A DNA stretch of 64,000 nucleotides, from the NCBI RefSeq assembly GCF_006345805.1, contig NC_043007.1, forward strand, positions 45,260,001-45,324,000, given 5' to 3'. Below are positions 24,801-40,815 of this stretch, one piece after another. Every line of letters begins with the position of its first letter. Positions within the stretch are counted from its first letter, which is position 1. The stretch is from Octopus sinensis. Lineage: Eukaryota. Below the pieces are notes generated by a model. It did no database searches and was not told the DNA's origin. It saw nothing but the letters and a program-made list of their open reading frames with translations. A program made the position numbers and the translations under genes.

Positions 24801-27800
24801 TAAATAAAAACATAGAAAAATAGACTGAAAAAAGAGAATCTCATGGAAACCTTCTCTAATCTAAAATGCCCGAATGTTTAGTAGCGATATATATATTTCA
24901 TTTGTCTTGCTTGTTTTCTCGTACATTTTTCTGTACGACTTCCCGCCAGGATAAACGTATATATTTATATGACGTGAAGAGAGTTGGAGAAACTTATAGA
25001 AGTGCTGTTTATATAAGGTCAATGAATACAGAAAACTCATACAATAGTATTTTTTATTAAACATTTTAATTGACTTACTATACAGTATAATAAATTGCTT
25101 ATATATCTGATATTTCAAAGTTAGACCCTACACGAGGCTAAAACCGGTCGTCTGTTCTCTAACGGCTTCATGAATATTATCATTGCCCCTCACACCACTA
25201 TCATCATATTAATCATAATAATCATCATCATTTCAATCACTAACACCAAATACACCCCCATGATCGTCGCGGTTAACATTATCATCACAATCGTCATCCA
25301 CTTTCCCCTCCTCACATCATCATCATAATCATATCACATACCTTACAAATGTCTTTAGTCAAAGAAGTGTTCATTCAGAGTGTTACTAAGAAAATATTGT
25401 GAACGTATCAAGGTTATTATTTACTTTTCCTCCTCTATGTAGTTTTTGTCAATACCATCTAGCGACAACTTCTTTCTCTTTAGTAAACTAAATGGAGGTA
25501 CCTGTTGATACTGTAATTGTAATTCGAGCTTTGAGTTCTAGCTGATAAAAATATAACCCACCACATCCCACTGAAGAAGAAGGAACGTGTTTTACTTTCA
25601 TAAGATTATATAGCAACTAGCAAAACAAAGTGTCCGTCAGAAAAAAAAAAAAACGAGCGAGAACGCACGCATAGAAGAAAGACTGATGTGTACGGGACGT
25701 GTCAGGTTGAACGCCATGTTTAGTGTGATTTTCAAAGGAAAAAATACTAATAGCCTATGAGAGAATTGAAACCGCGTCACTGACATGTCTCTGTTTGGTT
25801 TTTGTTCTTTATCAATAATAATTATTATTTGTCTTTACTAGAGACTGCTAAATCTTGTAGTAAAGGGACTAGAGGAAGTTTATTAATAATATGTTCCAAG
25901 GCCCATGCTATGTAGATAGTTCTCCTTTCTCCACATCAACTGAAAATTGAGGATGGCAGAAAATAGATGAGTAAGAAGGGATATCATGTGGGTTCATGAT
26001 CTAGGTATGAATGATTGAAGTAAATGTTAGGATGGGTTTATGATACAGTCTTTATTATGTTGAGCATAGGAGAATATATTGCTTTTAATTAATGGAAATA
26101 TATTTTATACGAAACCCAGACTTGTTATTGTTACTTAGCCTCATTTGAGCGCTGCTCGAGTAAACGTGTGATTAAAAATGTTTCAGCTATCATTGTTATG
26201 AGTCAGTGAGGGAATATTTGAGTAGTAATTCTTCCACTAGAGATAGCAGCTAAATATCTAATAAGCCACACAGTACAGTCTTTAGCAAAGAAGTAACTCA
26301 CTGAATAATGTAATCGTTACGATGGTCATAGGTCGATGATACGTTTTCCCTTGTTCATCGTCTCAGGACAACAAAGGTTGACTTGGTTTTAAAATACATA
26401 ACAAAATGTATCATAAAAGTAGACAGTGCATAGAGAATATAGTATTTGATATACCCCTCAATTGTTAAGGCGGTAGGGAGATATGAGTGGTATGTGATTT
26501 CTATTTCTGTAGGAGAAGCGACAATAGAGAAATCATTTAGTTCGTAAATCTCGATGTAGTTAATAAAATGGTTGGAGCTTTAGCTATAGTATTAATTTTA
26601 ATTTGATAGATCATATATATTTATCTTATATTTGTGGGGAAAGAGTAGTGGTCAAGCCATTTTTTAATGTCAGTCATCCTTTCCCCGTAACATCATTTGT
26701 GAAAATCACTCCGTTTACTTGTTTTCTGCACATATTTAAGTGCAACTGTTGAAGACAAAATGTACGTTAAACATAGATATATCGCTTTCTCTAGAACAAT
26801 GTATGAAAAATAAAAACATTAAATGACTTCAGATTTATTGGAGTTTCTCTCCCTGGTATAGCGAAATCTCAAATATGACTCGACTATTTTGTGTCTTTAA
26901 TAAATTGATTATCAAATAGAAAAAGTCACAATATTTGCTTAATAAATTAAGATAGAAGCGGAAATAAATTAATTTCTTTCTTTAAGAAGTGACACAAAGT
27001 GATCTTGACACTCTTATGAAGTTAATTATTATTTATTTTAATTTAATTGCAAAGTTTTCTCCTTCCTACGGCTGTTTTATTTCCTGAAAGATTGTGGCTG
27101 CAAATAAAAAGTTGTTTATCGAGACGGTTGACCGAGACTGGATGAATAATATTTTAGTCAATTTTAATGAAAACTTTTAGCCCCATCGATAATTTTAGAT
27201 GGAATTAAAATATAAAATAAGTTTTCAGATAAATTATACAGGGTACTTTAAAAAATCCTCTAAATCATCATTCTTATTAAGCATTTCAACATCAAACGCA
27301 CAATATGCATGGGTCCAAACCATGAGAGTAACTGAAAAAAACCCTACAAAATATTTGTTACACATGACACCTGTCTAATTTTACTAGCACCACACCAATG
27401 ACAGTGTAAAATAGAAATGTTAATATTTCATCCTATACAATAATCATACAACACATGACTGGTTAGTAGTATTTTCTATGGCAACGTATCTATATTTTGA
27501 TATTGATATCTTTGTATAGAAAAATATCAGTATCAAATATGTGACCAACAATTTCTATAGAGTCATTCCCGTCACATAAGGCTTGACTTTGGAAGCATAC
27601 TTTTGCCACTATGTGTAATATCAAGAAATCTGGCATATATACAATTACAATTTAACTTACCAAATTTCTTGGTGCCAATCCAGAAGAGTGAAATGAATGC
27701 TAAGTTTTCAGAGGAAAATTTACTCCGAAGTAAAAGTATATTTACTTCGAAATAAAATTTAAACAAATTGTTCTATTTTATAACTCATTCCATAACTACT

Positions 27801-30215
27801 TAATTATTTACTCACTTTTCTTTTCCTCTTCTTCCATCTCTCTGTCTCTCTCTATGATTCTTTTTCTCTTGTTGCGTGTATTATTTCTTTACGCAGTGCT
27901 TGCCCCGGGCGTTAACGTGTGTACTTATATATAATTTGATAAATAATGATGTTGTTGTTTAGCCTTAGTTCATCTCCAACCTAGTACACTTGTAATCGAA
28001 GGCGTAGACTAAACCATCTATCTTTTTAAGGCAAAAAATTACATGATCAAATGAGGCCTTCATATTTGAAGACGATGGATGTGATATCAAGATTTGGCTA
28101 TTATTTCTTACAGGTTGAACATCTGAATGTATCTCTTTATAGGCTCTACTTATAGATTATTACTTAAAATCACTCTTTTGTTTTACCCCAGGTCAAAGTG
28201 TAACCAAGCAAACCTTAAATAAAATAAACTGTTCTATTGGTGATCACCATATTTTTTGAGATATAGTTTTTGTACAACATTACCCAACACGGCTTTCTAT
28301 CTTCAAGAAGGAAGGTAAGATTTGAGGGAGGTGAGTCGGTTATTTCTACCAAGTCGAAACAGTATGTAGAATCTGTCTGTTTTCCGATCGTCATCAAATA
28401 AAAAATTTAATTTAAACTGATATTATTTTAAACATTAATTCAATGTTTATACATAATGAAATGCGATGTTTTGACTTCCATCGCTTTCCAATGGTGTTAT
28501 CAGCGTAGATGAAATGTAATAATTCTGTCATTAAAGGAGAACGAATTCTCACGTCTCGCTTTGCTGGAGCCTGCAATAATCGTTCTACGACACTATACTG
28601 AGATTGCATTAGACAGCAATTCAAAGGACACCACATGAACAGATTTAACTACTGGTTTATCATTTATCCTTTCCTGTCATCACTCGTTTTATTCGATGTT
28701 ATAAAAGTAAACATAAATGAATAGTACTTGAATAGAAATTCCCATTAGCTACAAAGTTTTGAAAGTAAAGAAAAATAGCTTCAAATATTATATGATTGAA
28801 TTCATTGGAGTGTGTCATAAATCTACAGAACAAAATGAGTCACTTATCTTGATGCCATTCAAAAAATTAATATAATTTTAATGGCAACAGTAATGATAAA
28901 ATTCATACATTAAAAATTAAGTGTTTATTTATCTCTGCTTTTGACCGAGATATAAACTAGGTGCTGTAGTTGTTAAGCAAATTTTCAGTTTGTTTAATAA
29001 ATGAGATTTCAGGTGAACAAGAGAAGAAAAATACCTAAACAAATCCCAAGAAAATGACTATGATAATCTGTGTGTTTTTCCCGCTATTTTGCATTTCACC
29101 TTTCTATTATGGAGATGAGCCTAGAGAGAGAATCTAAGACATTTTTTTTTTATTCGTTGCTAACACATAGAAGTAATTATCTTGGATATTGTAGGTTTCT
29201 GAGTCGTTAGCATTTCAGAGAACTGATTGGGTACTTGTTTTATAGACCCAGAATAATTGATGAAAGGCTAGTTCAGTATTGGCGGGATTTGAACCTGAAT
29301 CATAAAGGTACACAATTATATGACACTAGGCATTTTACCCGTCACACATGTGATTTTGCTAAAACTAGCACTGTGGCCAATACTATAAGTCTGAGAAATG
29401 TCTCCTCTGTTAGCTGAATATTTACTTTGTCCCTTATGCTAATTAGAAGGAACATGTTACTTGATCGTTTAACGTGTTACAAATAACAACAAAATCTCCC
29501 ATAAATCACATTTTGCCTTCTTTAAAAGCTGAAGTATGTTTTGGCTAACGTAATGCACAAAACGTCACGATGGCATTTAAATTTATTTAATTGCAGATCT
29601 GGTCAGCCAAGACAGACTCAAGCAGCAATAGCAGCAGCAACAACGACAAAAAACTACAAAAAAATTGAAAAAAAAATACCATAGCGATTACGACAACGAC
29701 CAACGTCATTCTTTTTAAGATTGAATTTTCAAGCTTACTCAAGAATGACAAATGAATAATATTTATTAGAAGAGACATTAAGAGAATTCTAATTATTCAT
29801 CTGAGTACTACTTGCTTTATATTATGCTAGCACTGTAGAGAGTAATAAATTCCACGACCATTTCAATTTCAGTTCCAAAGTCTTTTATTCTATATATATT
29901 GGGCAATGCTCTTGAGAACGATATGACAATCATATAAGTCTCATAGTTAAGTGAATTATATAAATGACAAACATTTCTGGAAAGTTTGAATGAAAAGAAA
30001 CTAAAATCCATCCAGTATTATTAATAAATTATTAATAACTCAAACTGATTATAGTACTGAATAATACATAAATTTCCAAAATTTACATAACTTTGTATTA
30101 ATATCTTCGTCACAGCAATTCTAACTTGGTGTATGTATGTACATATGGACACATGTATATATATACATATAAATACCTACACATACATACCTACATATGT
30201 ACTTACATACATACA

Positions 30216-30278
<63 letters not shown>

Positions 30279-30289
30279 ATCGTTTATTA

Positions 30290-30294
30290 ATATC

Positions 30295-30361
<67 letters not shown>

Positions 30362-30403
30362 CTTCTATCTGTCTATCAGTCTGTCTGTCTGCCTATCTAT
30401 CTA

Positions 30404-30469
<66 letters not shown>

Positions 30470-30515
30470 CTATCTATCTATCTGTCTCTCTCTGTCTGTC
30501 TATCTGTCTGTCTGC

Positions 30516-30580
<65 letters not shown>
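30290..30580. repeat. (TATC)n microsatellite
   Basis: Visible; abuts the 5' junction of the Tx1 element. Confidence 0.95.
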
Positions 30581-31988
<1,408 letters not shown>

Positions 31989-32413
31989 ACCGCGAATGTA
32001 TTTATATAAGTATATATTTGTTTGGACATATACGTAAAGATGTATGTACATTCTTCTGTAATGAAAATACTATTGTAATCAGAGGTCAAAAATTCTTATT
32101 GTTTCATATAAAGGGCAATAATTCACAGTATACTTTCGATAATGACCAAGATTTCCCAGCTTTGTAGATCAAGTATTCGTGCAAATTAAGGCATCAGCTA
32201 TACAAACATACATATATACATACATACATACATACATACATACATGCATACATGCATACATAAATACATGCATGCATGCATACATATGGTATTTTCTACA
32301 CAACTGAAATACATATTTGATACCTACCAACCATAGGCTGGAACTATAAATTTATTCAACTACCTGATGCATATCTTTTCAAGTACCTAATGCTATCTGA
32401 ATCCTCATTTTGC

Positions 32414-32493
<80 letters not shown>

Positions 32494-32560
32494 CATATAT
32501 ATACATACACACATACATGCATAAATACATACATACATACAGACATACATACATGCATAT

Positions 32561-32684
<124 letters not shown>

Positions 32685-32822
32685 CGGATATGTACTTGCA
32701 TAGCAAGTGACCTGATCTAAGATCATGTGCTGGAACGAAAACAATTGCAGCGTGGAATGTGTTTATAAGCCATTTAAAAAACACACAAAAACCGTTAGAT
32801 TCACTTCACCATTTAAATTTAA

Positions 32823-32874
32823 TTTGTCAAAATAATTTTCGTCGCTGTGAGACCGCGATCTGTTCACTGACAAA
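32823..32874 (-). ncRNA. Hammerhead-like motif with G3:C8 core (H5)
   Basis: Reverse complement TTTGTCA-GTGAACA-G-ATCGC-loop-GCGAC-GAAAATTATTT-TGACAAA. Confidence 0.5.
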
Positions 32875-32896
32875 ATTCCGAGATGCTGCACAGAAA

Positions 32897-32947
32897 TTTG
32901 TCAGTGAACAGGTCGCGGTCTCTAAGCGACGGAAATATTTTGACAAA
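32897..32947 (+). ncRNA. Hammerhead-like motif with G3:C8 core (H5, second arm)
   Basis: TTTGTCA-GTGAACA-G-GTCGC-ggtctctaa-GCGAC-GGAAATATTT-TGACAAA; GAAAA of the other copies is GGAAA here. Confidence 0.45.
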
Positions 32948-33029
32948 TTAAATTTAAATGGTGAAATGAATCTAACGGTTTTTGTGTGATTCTTACTTGG
33001 CTTATAAACACCTTCCGTGCTACAATTGT

Positions 33030-33097
<68 letters not shown>

Positions 33098-33994
33098 GCA
33101 TTATGTGTGTATATATATCTATTTATATATATATCGATATATACACTTCCGGTCCCTTTAATCATATAACTAAACGGGTACTTTCCTCGAACTATTGTTT
33201 TCCTTCTCTGGATTTCTCCTCTTTTCCGACCAATTGCTATGCTTGAGACTTTATACACCTCTTTTGTCTATCTTAAACTGATACATTCATTTTATACGCC
33301 TTTTAACTTCTGTTGTGTTTGTTTTGAATTTTGATCTTCTTATATGTGTGTATATGTGTGTGTGCGCGCGCGTGCGTATGTGTATGTATATATATTCGCA
33401 GCATTCAACGGAAACATACCAGAGATAAATTTCTGCGTATAACGATTACCGATGATATAATGTCAGCAATACAGAAACGCTAAACACTTGATAACACCTT
33501 GTTCAAAATAAATAAAAATAATAGTATAAAAGTTTCCAAAGAAATAACAACAAAAACAAAATCACGAAAAGAATAAAGGAGACAGAGAAAAAGAGAATGA
33601 GACGGCCAAAAATACGCAGCCATATGGTTTATGAGTACTGGCAATGCTTATAGCAGAGTATGGAATTTCATTTCAGAAATTTTAATTGTTATTTAGTTAG
33701 CGTAGCACATGCTATTTTAGAATCAAACATATTGAATGTTCTATATTCTGCAAAAGAATCAACTAATCCCGATATATAAATGTTGCAGTTTAAATCTGGC
33801 GGTTTAAAAGATGTACTGTCTGACCTTTGGTTTGTATTTTATGTCGTCTAGTGAATATGAGTTAACTGAGAGATAAATTACTAATGATTAGTGAAACTAA
33901 ATATAGGGAGAGGAAAATGTTTGTATGAATGCGTGCCAGAGTGTTTATGCACATGCCTGTTATAATGTGCTATCCTTATATGCACACAAACATA

Positions 33995-33996
33995 TA

Positions 33997-34030
<34 letters not shown>

Positions 34031-34100
34031 TAATAATAATAATAATAATAATAGTAATAATGATAATAATAATAATAATAATAATAATAATAGTATAATA

Positions 34101-34132
<32 letters not shown>

Positions 34133-34139
34133 GTAATAA

Positions 34140-34176
<37 letters not shown>

Positions 34177-34199
34177 GTAATAATAATAATAATAATAAT
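33995..34199. repeat. (AAT)n microsatellite
   Basis: Visible. Confidence 0.95.
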
Positions 34200-34655
34200 G
34201 GGCTACAGCAAATATTCTGCTCAATACCACAGATTTGCTTGTCAGTTGTTTGACCTTAACCATTGAGCATGTCCCTTAGTGGCTGACGATATGTGCATCT
34301 CTGATCACGAGCAGAAGTAGTGGGGGAGCATCATAGCCATGTGTTGAGAGAGATTCTTTGGGGTTTGAATAATTCACCTCTGGAAACATGGGTGGTTCTT
34401 TCAACATCCTTAAACACCCTTATTCAGGGACCTTTTGAGCGGGATGGGCTACTCAACCTGAAGAAAATTCTAACTGGCCCCACCTGCAAGGTCATGTGCT
34501 GTTTATCTTGATATAAGATCACCATGTCACGCACATATGGTTGTGATGCATGTGCCTGGTGTACCTTATCAGACGGGTAGTCATGATGGGTATATTGGGC
34601 TTCGTATATTTTACCCCAGTGTCACTTTGATGGCATGAACTGCTCTCTCACTCAA
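34200..34655 (+). mobile_element. Unclassified interspersed repeat G embedded in (AAT)n
   Basis: Second copy at 15560-15755; (AAT)n on both sides; no ORF. Confidence 0.6.
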
Positions 34656-34679
34656 TAATAATAATAATAATAATAATAA

Positions 34680-35495
34680 TGGTTTCAAATTTTGGCACAA
34701 GACCAGCAATTATGGGGTAGCGTTTAAGTCGATTACGCCGCTCGCAGTGTTCAATTGGTACTTATTTTATCAACACCGACAAGATATATGTCAAAGTCTA
34801 CCTCGGTGAACTCAGATCGTAAAGATGGACGAAAAGCGACTGACGATTCTGCATGTTGCCGCCTTAAAAGCAACAGCAACAACAACACCAACAGCAACAA
34901 CGACAACGATAGCAGCAGCAGTAGCAATGACAACAACAACAACAATGCGGTCTCCTGTCGAACGAGTGTTCAGGTTTTGCCAAACGACCTGCACAAATGA
35001 TTTGTTTATAGCAATCAAGTGTTTGTGCTGCACATTAGCTCACTCTCTCCACGAAATCGACGTTGTCTGAACCGGCGCACTGTGTGCATGCGTCAGGTGT
35101 CGAAGTGATCACAGAACAACGTGAGACGAAGTGTTTTGCTTAAGAACACAACGTGCCAAGCGGTCTAGGAACCACGACTCGCCCTCGTCAACACAAAATC
35201 CTCACCACTAGGCTACATATACTTTCATTTATCGAGTACGATAAAACAAAGTACCAGTCAAGTACTGGAGAAAAAGTTATCAATTAGCTTCTTATCCTCA
35301 AAATTGCTGGTCTTCTGTTTATACCAGAACCATGTATTCATATTATCAATACTTTGACTGGTACTCATTTTATCGATTCCAATAGGATGAGAGGAAACGT
35401 CCACCTCGACGGAATCTGAGCTCAGAAGGTATGGACAGACGAAATACCGGTAAGCATTTCGATTGGCGTGGTAACGATTGTGCCAGCTCGCCATC
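34680..35495 (-). mobile_element. Cluster of SINE remnants: family D (34680-34870, 35272-35495) and a family B/C-type head (34940-35220)
   Basis: Matches to the family-D tail 'tcaaattttggcacaag' and to 'aagtgttttgcttaagaacacaacg'. Confidence 0.65.
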
Positions 35496-36186
35496 TCAAT
35501 AAAAAAATAATAATAACAATATATCTATATCTAACACATATTATGCATATACATACATATATATATATTCATACATATACATATACAGGCTACCATTGGT
35601 TTCATGTTCAAGTAGGAAAATATTCTAGTGCCTTAATTTCTCAAGGTAGCTTGAAAAATTGTCAAGCCACTAGGATATTTTCCTACATTTCTTAACATAA
35701 AACCAATAGAAGCTTTAATTCAGAAATAAAGAAATTATATCCACGAATGGGTGTAGAGCGCTCATCTTCATCGTTTGATATTTACGTATATGTATATATA
35801 TATGTATGTGTATATGTAAATGCATACACGCAAGCACACACACATATATACATATATAAATATGCGTATATATATATTTATATATATATATACGCATTTA
35901 CCTTTTCCTCTCTCACGTATCATTTGCTGAAAAGTTGTCTGTTCCTATGATTGTTTTTATGAGATTTGTGTTCGTCCTAAAATCTAAACTTAGTGTCTTT
36001 TTAAGATTTCTGTCCAATAGCCAAAATCTTAAGACAAGTTTAATCTCTTGATTTAACCAGCTTTTTTTTACCACTCCATCTCACAAACTATATATCGCAG
36101 AATGCCAAGTATGTTGAACTATCTTTGTTTTTCATAATTTGATATTGTATACTGAGGCATTTTTTCATAAACTATTAAAACTGTCT

Positions 36187-36358
36187 AGGCGTAAGAGCGG
36201 TTGTGTGGTAAATAGCTTGCTTGCTCACCACATTGTTCCGAGTTCAGTCCCACTGCGTGGCACATTGGTCAAGTGTCTTCTACTATAGCTTCGGGCCGAC
36301 CAAAGCCTTGTGAGTGGATTTGGTAGACGGAAACTGAAAGAAGCCCGTCGTACATGTG

Positions 36359-36433
<75 letters not shown>

Positions 36434-36692
36434 GTATGTATATATATATATGTGTGTGTGTGTGAGTGTGTGTGTGTGTGTGTGTATATGTTGTGTGTCT
36501 GTGTTTGTCCCCCCCAATATCGCTTGACAACCGATGCTGGTGTGTTTACATCCCTGTAACTTAGCGGTTCGGCGAAAGAGACCGATAGAATAAGTACTAG
36601 GCTTACAAAGACTAAGTCCTGGAGTTCATTTGCTCGACTGAAAGACGGTGCTCCAGCATGGCCACAGTCAAATGACTGAAACAAGTTAAAAG
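36187..36692 (+). mobile_element. SINE family A
   Basis: Full head, internal (TA)/(TG) tract and tail, as at 5121-5510. Confidence 0.85.
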
Positions 36693-37659
36693 TGTAAAAG
36701 GGCGTAAAGAGAGTATAATGTACCTTTAGTTATTCCAAACTGTAATGAAATGTTATTGACATTGCATATCTGCAACACAGTAGGAAAATAGCAAATGTTT
36801 TTAGTGGTTTATTTAACCCACAATCAGGCTTTCTGATATTTATATTTCTTACAGTTCTAATTGATGCCGTGTTGTGCATAAAATAGATGTTTATTAATTA
36901 ATGGCGAATAACCAAATCTATAAATATGCCAATTAAGCTCTCCAGTATATTGCTAAATTGAATTATGACTTCTTTATTTAGCAATTTATCTTATTGAGGA
37001 AGAAAATCAGATATGTCTGCTCCAAAGAAACAGCCGATTAGAAAACAGTCGATTCTACCGTGAAACAGTCAATTAGAAAACGCTTGCTTAGTCAATAAAC
37101 ACACACTAATGGTATGCAAAGAATGAGTTTACATAATTTTATCCACAACGAAGTCATGTAATGCTTGGGAAAATGTTTTCTACATCCATGATACGATATG
37201 AATTATCAGTAATTATCAAAACCTATTATTTACTAAGTTAGAGAAAACGCCATAATATCTGGGGAGGTGAAATAGTCAAACATAACGAACTAATTATTTT
37301 GGCGGGCACTCATATCATTCATAACATTTGGATACGAAATAGCTTCTTAAAGAAGAGGCTACTGACTATGATGACGTGAAATACTCCAAACGCTTGTACA
37401 TTCTACCTGCATCAATGGCACAAATGTATTGAACACGAAATTGCAATGAACATATTGGGTGTGAGTAATCTCAAATAATTATCTTTCCCTACTTATTTTT
37501 GATATATATGGAATGAGATTAGTTTTGCGGTGTAGCAGTCATTGAGGGACGCAGTCACTTAGGACTAATTAAGATTCTATAAATAACAAAGACATACTGC
37601 TATATAGAAACAAATATTCGTACATATATACATACACATATGTATGCTTATACACTTAC

Positions 37660-37774
37660 CTATAAGTTATATACCTACATACACAGAATTTCTCTCTTAT
37701 TATTCGAGTTAATCCAGGCTGCGGTCGAGGATCCTTATCAATAGTGACTTTCGACAGCATATAATCCGGCGCTG
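37660..37774 (-). CDS. Candidate internal exon of an unidentified host gene
   Basis: Acceptor cctacttttacag|, donor |gtaagt, 115 nt, one fully open frame (APDYMLSKVTIDKDPRPQPGLTRIIREKFCVCRYITY); unique, GC-richer sequence. No homology recognised. Confidence 0.3.
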
Positions 37775-37858
37775 CTGTAAAAGTAGGCGAACAGCTTCAT
37801 CTTGCAACACATGTATTTGTATATACAAACACTCAAACAGGTGTTTATATCTATATCT

Positions 37859-37938
<80 letters not shown>

Positions 37939-37949
37939 ATACATACATA

Positions 37950-39997
37950 CCGTGAAATGAGGTTACTTTGAACACCAAGATAACTTTGAACAAAATATAT
38001 GTTGTTTCCTCTTATTACTTGTTACTAAAATTTCTTACAGTATTGTTTAAAAGTTTTGTTAAACTTTATAATTATATTTCTATGATAGTATAATTTCAAT
38101 ACATAAAGTAAAATATAACTTTGATTATCAACTCAAAGAAAGAATTTGTCTACTTCTTCAAATTCCAGCAAAGCAAACATTTTTGCAAGATATGAATACT
38201 TTTGTTAGTACCTAAAGTACTTCTTGCATAAAAGCTATATGCTTTTGTTAAAATATGATGTTAATGTAACTAGTTAATAATTTTCTATTGAAGTCTTTTA
38301 TAACTTTGGCATCATTGTAAAACCATGTATAACGTGACATGTCCGGCCCCCTTTGATTATCCAGTGGGGTTACTTTGAACGCCGTTCAAAGTAACCCCGA
38401 TCACTGTTTCCGGCAGTAAGCAAGCTGCTACTCCTGTTCAAACTGATAGTACCCAGTATAAGTATGGTATTTAAGATTTTTAAATGTTTTTCCTATTTAT
38501 GGACAATATCACACCCTTAGAATGAATGAGGTGTAACCCCAAATCCATCATTTTTATAATTATAGCTTGATAACCAGAATCAGTTTTTCTTTCTGTTGCA
38601 AAGTCTAATTCTTTAAACCAAAGTTTAATTCTTTTTATGATCAACTTGTAGTTTTGATCGAGATTAGCATTAACCAAATAGTTATGACAAGAATTTATAA
38701 TAGAAAACCTGGCTCTCGAAGCTATAAATCCTATAGCCAAAAGAGTCTGGATAAAGCAGTGACAGATATTAAAGCAAAGAGAATTACCCTTCGAAAAGTC
38801 AGTGTTTATAAAATTGCAGTCGGAACTCTGAGCCGTAGACTGAACAATAAGCATAGCAGGCAACCTGGTCACCCTTCAGTGTTCAGAGAAAAAGAAGCAG
38901 CGTTTGTTACTCACATTACAGCTGTTGCAGAATGGGGGTTTCCATTTGATGTTATGGATTTGAGAGTGCCTGCTCATAATTATGTCACAGCTCTATGTCG
39001 TACAATAAGGCAAATTAAAAAATGTTTCCTTCAGCTAAATAGGCTAATTCATTTTAAAAGCGAAAAAATTTCCAATTAGTATCACACCTGTGCCAAGAAG
39101 ACGATGAAGTCATCAACGTAAGAGTTTTGGATGTTGTGTTGGGAATGCTAAAGTCAATGAGAGGAGTGGATGAGAACAGACCAAAGAAGTTGAGTAATAC
39201 TCCTAGCAAAAGTATAAGTGCTGAGGACACCAGTGCTTCTGGAAGTGAAATGAGAGCTACCAGTTCATCAACGTTATAGAGAAGCATGGAGAAAGAGAGT
39301 AGCAAGAGAATTTGCATGATGAAGAGATAAACCCTGTGGATAGTGATGTTTCTATGAATGAATGTGACAGGTACTCCAGTACTTCAGACATGGCAAGAGC
39401 AAAAAACAGAGAAATACAAAGTAGTTTTGTTGGAAACTTTGTCATTGTGAGGTATGAAGGGAAAACTTTTCCTGGTCAAGTGATCTCAACCGGAAGTGAT
39501 GGAGCACTTGTGTTATCATTGACAAAATGTAAAAACATAGGGTGGAGGTGGCCATAGAAGGCACATAAACTCGACTACATCTGGGAAGATGTGATAGAAA
39601 TGAAAACAAAAGAGATTCTACTGAAGAACAGGGGTTTATCCTGATCTTGAACAAGAATGGGGAATATTAAATATGACTTACTGATAACTGATAACTGTAC
39701 ACTGACTTTTCTTTTGTATTTGGTAAAAAAAGAATTATAACTCTTATCTTTGTTCAATGTTGTACCGCATAAGAGTAACGTTACTGTTCAAAGTAACTCC
39801 AAATCAGGGTTTAATTTTAACAGCGATAATTATATGAAATAAGTAATCAAATATTGAGTGCAACTTATTTTTATTTCATATACCCGTTTACCTGTTTAGT
39901 CCCCTTAACATAGTCAAATTGAGTTAACATTAAAAAAGAGGTTATGAAATTATTGTAATAAGAAGTTTAAAAATTTCTAATTTACCCCGTTTCAGGG
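37950..39997 (+). mobile_element. pogo/Tigger-like DNA transposon, internal deletion derivative
   Basis: TA-CCGTGAAATGAGGTTA ... TTACCCCGTTTCAGGG-TA ends. ORF from 38684 has an HTH_psq/CENP-B-like N-terminus (YSQKSLDKAV..GTLSRRL..GHPSVF..AEWGFPF) and a C-terminal FVIVRYEGKTFPGQV..WRWP segment; no DDE domain seen. Confidence 0.75.
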
Positions 39998-40329
39998 TAC
40001 ATAGGTACGTACATAACATATGCATGACAATACATATAAAACAAAATATATAAATCTGCACATATAAATACATGCATACATACATACATACATACATACA
40101 TACATACATACATACATACAAACAAACAAAAATACCCTGTTGTTGATGTTGAAAGTCCAATGAAGGAGCCTTGGATCTAGGTTAAAATCCCACTCTTTCT
40201 CTATTGGCAGGAAATCTTGAAATAAAACTGAACAATGACATAAATACATGCATACATACAACATAAAACACACAGGGGAAACTACTCAGTCCATGTGTAG
40301 AGGATGTTTTCTTTTCTTTTACTGAGTTT

Positions 40330-40815
40330 GTCTCGTGATTGGAGTTTCACACCACTGCAAGAAGATCGCAATGGCACGACATTCGCGTTGCGAGAAAAAC
40401 TCTCAATTTCAGTTACAACAAATATAAAAAAAAAATACTATATGTACACACACAGGGTATGCGTTCATTAACGCCTGTTTGTGTATATACAGTCCTCATT
40501 ATCTCACACTGCTGCGCAGGGCAGGACATGTTTGCCAGATGGAGGGAAGCTTAACAGCGTCAGAACACGAGGACAAGTTGTGACACGAGTCGTAACATGG
40601 ATGTGCAGGAGAGACATATGAAAAACTCCAGCATCTCCCCAGATACCTACGATGGGAAGCCCTTGGGGCGTGATGAATGGAACCGATCACTGAAGTTCGT
40701 AATTCTAACCATTGAAGAAAAGCAGAAATAATACAAACAAAACAAACACGAGAGGCGTCACTCTCTGTTGCGTCAACAGCGGATGCCATCGCGACTGCAG
40801 ATCAGAGACAGACAA
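40330..40815 (+). mobile_element. RTE-clade LINE 3' remnant
   Basis: LLRRAGHVCQMEG (compare LRWAGHV.RM), SISPDTY..LGRDEWNRS, C-terminal CCVNSGCHRDCRS; frameshifted. Confidence 0.65.

Noticed and set aside
25123-25155. agac-cctacacga-ggct-aaaa-ccggtc-gtct, resembling a sixth hammerhead family
   Set aside because: Stem I and the ACCGGT palindrome fit, but the core, stem II and GAAA are all broken.
27661-27699. 39-nt minus-strand candidate exon with GTAAGT donor
   Set aside because: Poor polypyrimidine tract; no coherent reading frame with the other candidates.
28215-28636. Two minus-strand ORFs, one with BTB-like 'ELLHFIY'
   Set aside because: Similarity limited to a few residues; no splice or domain support.
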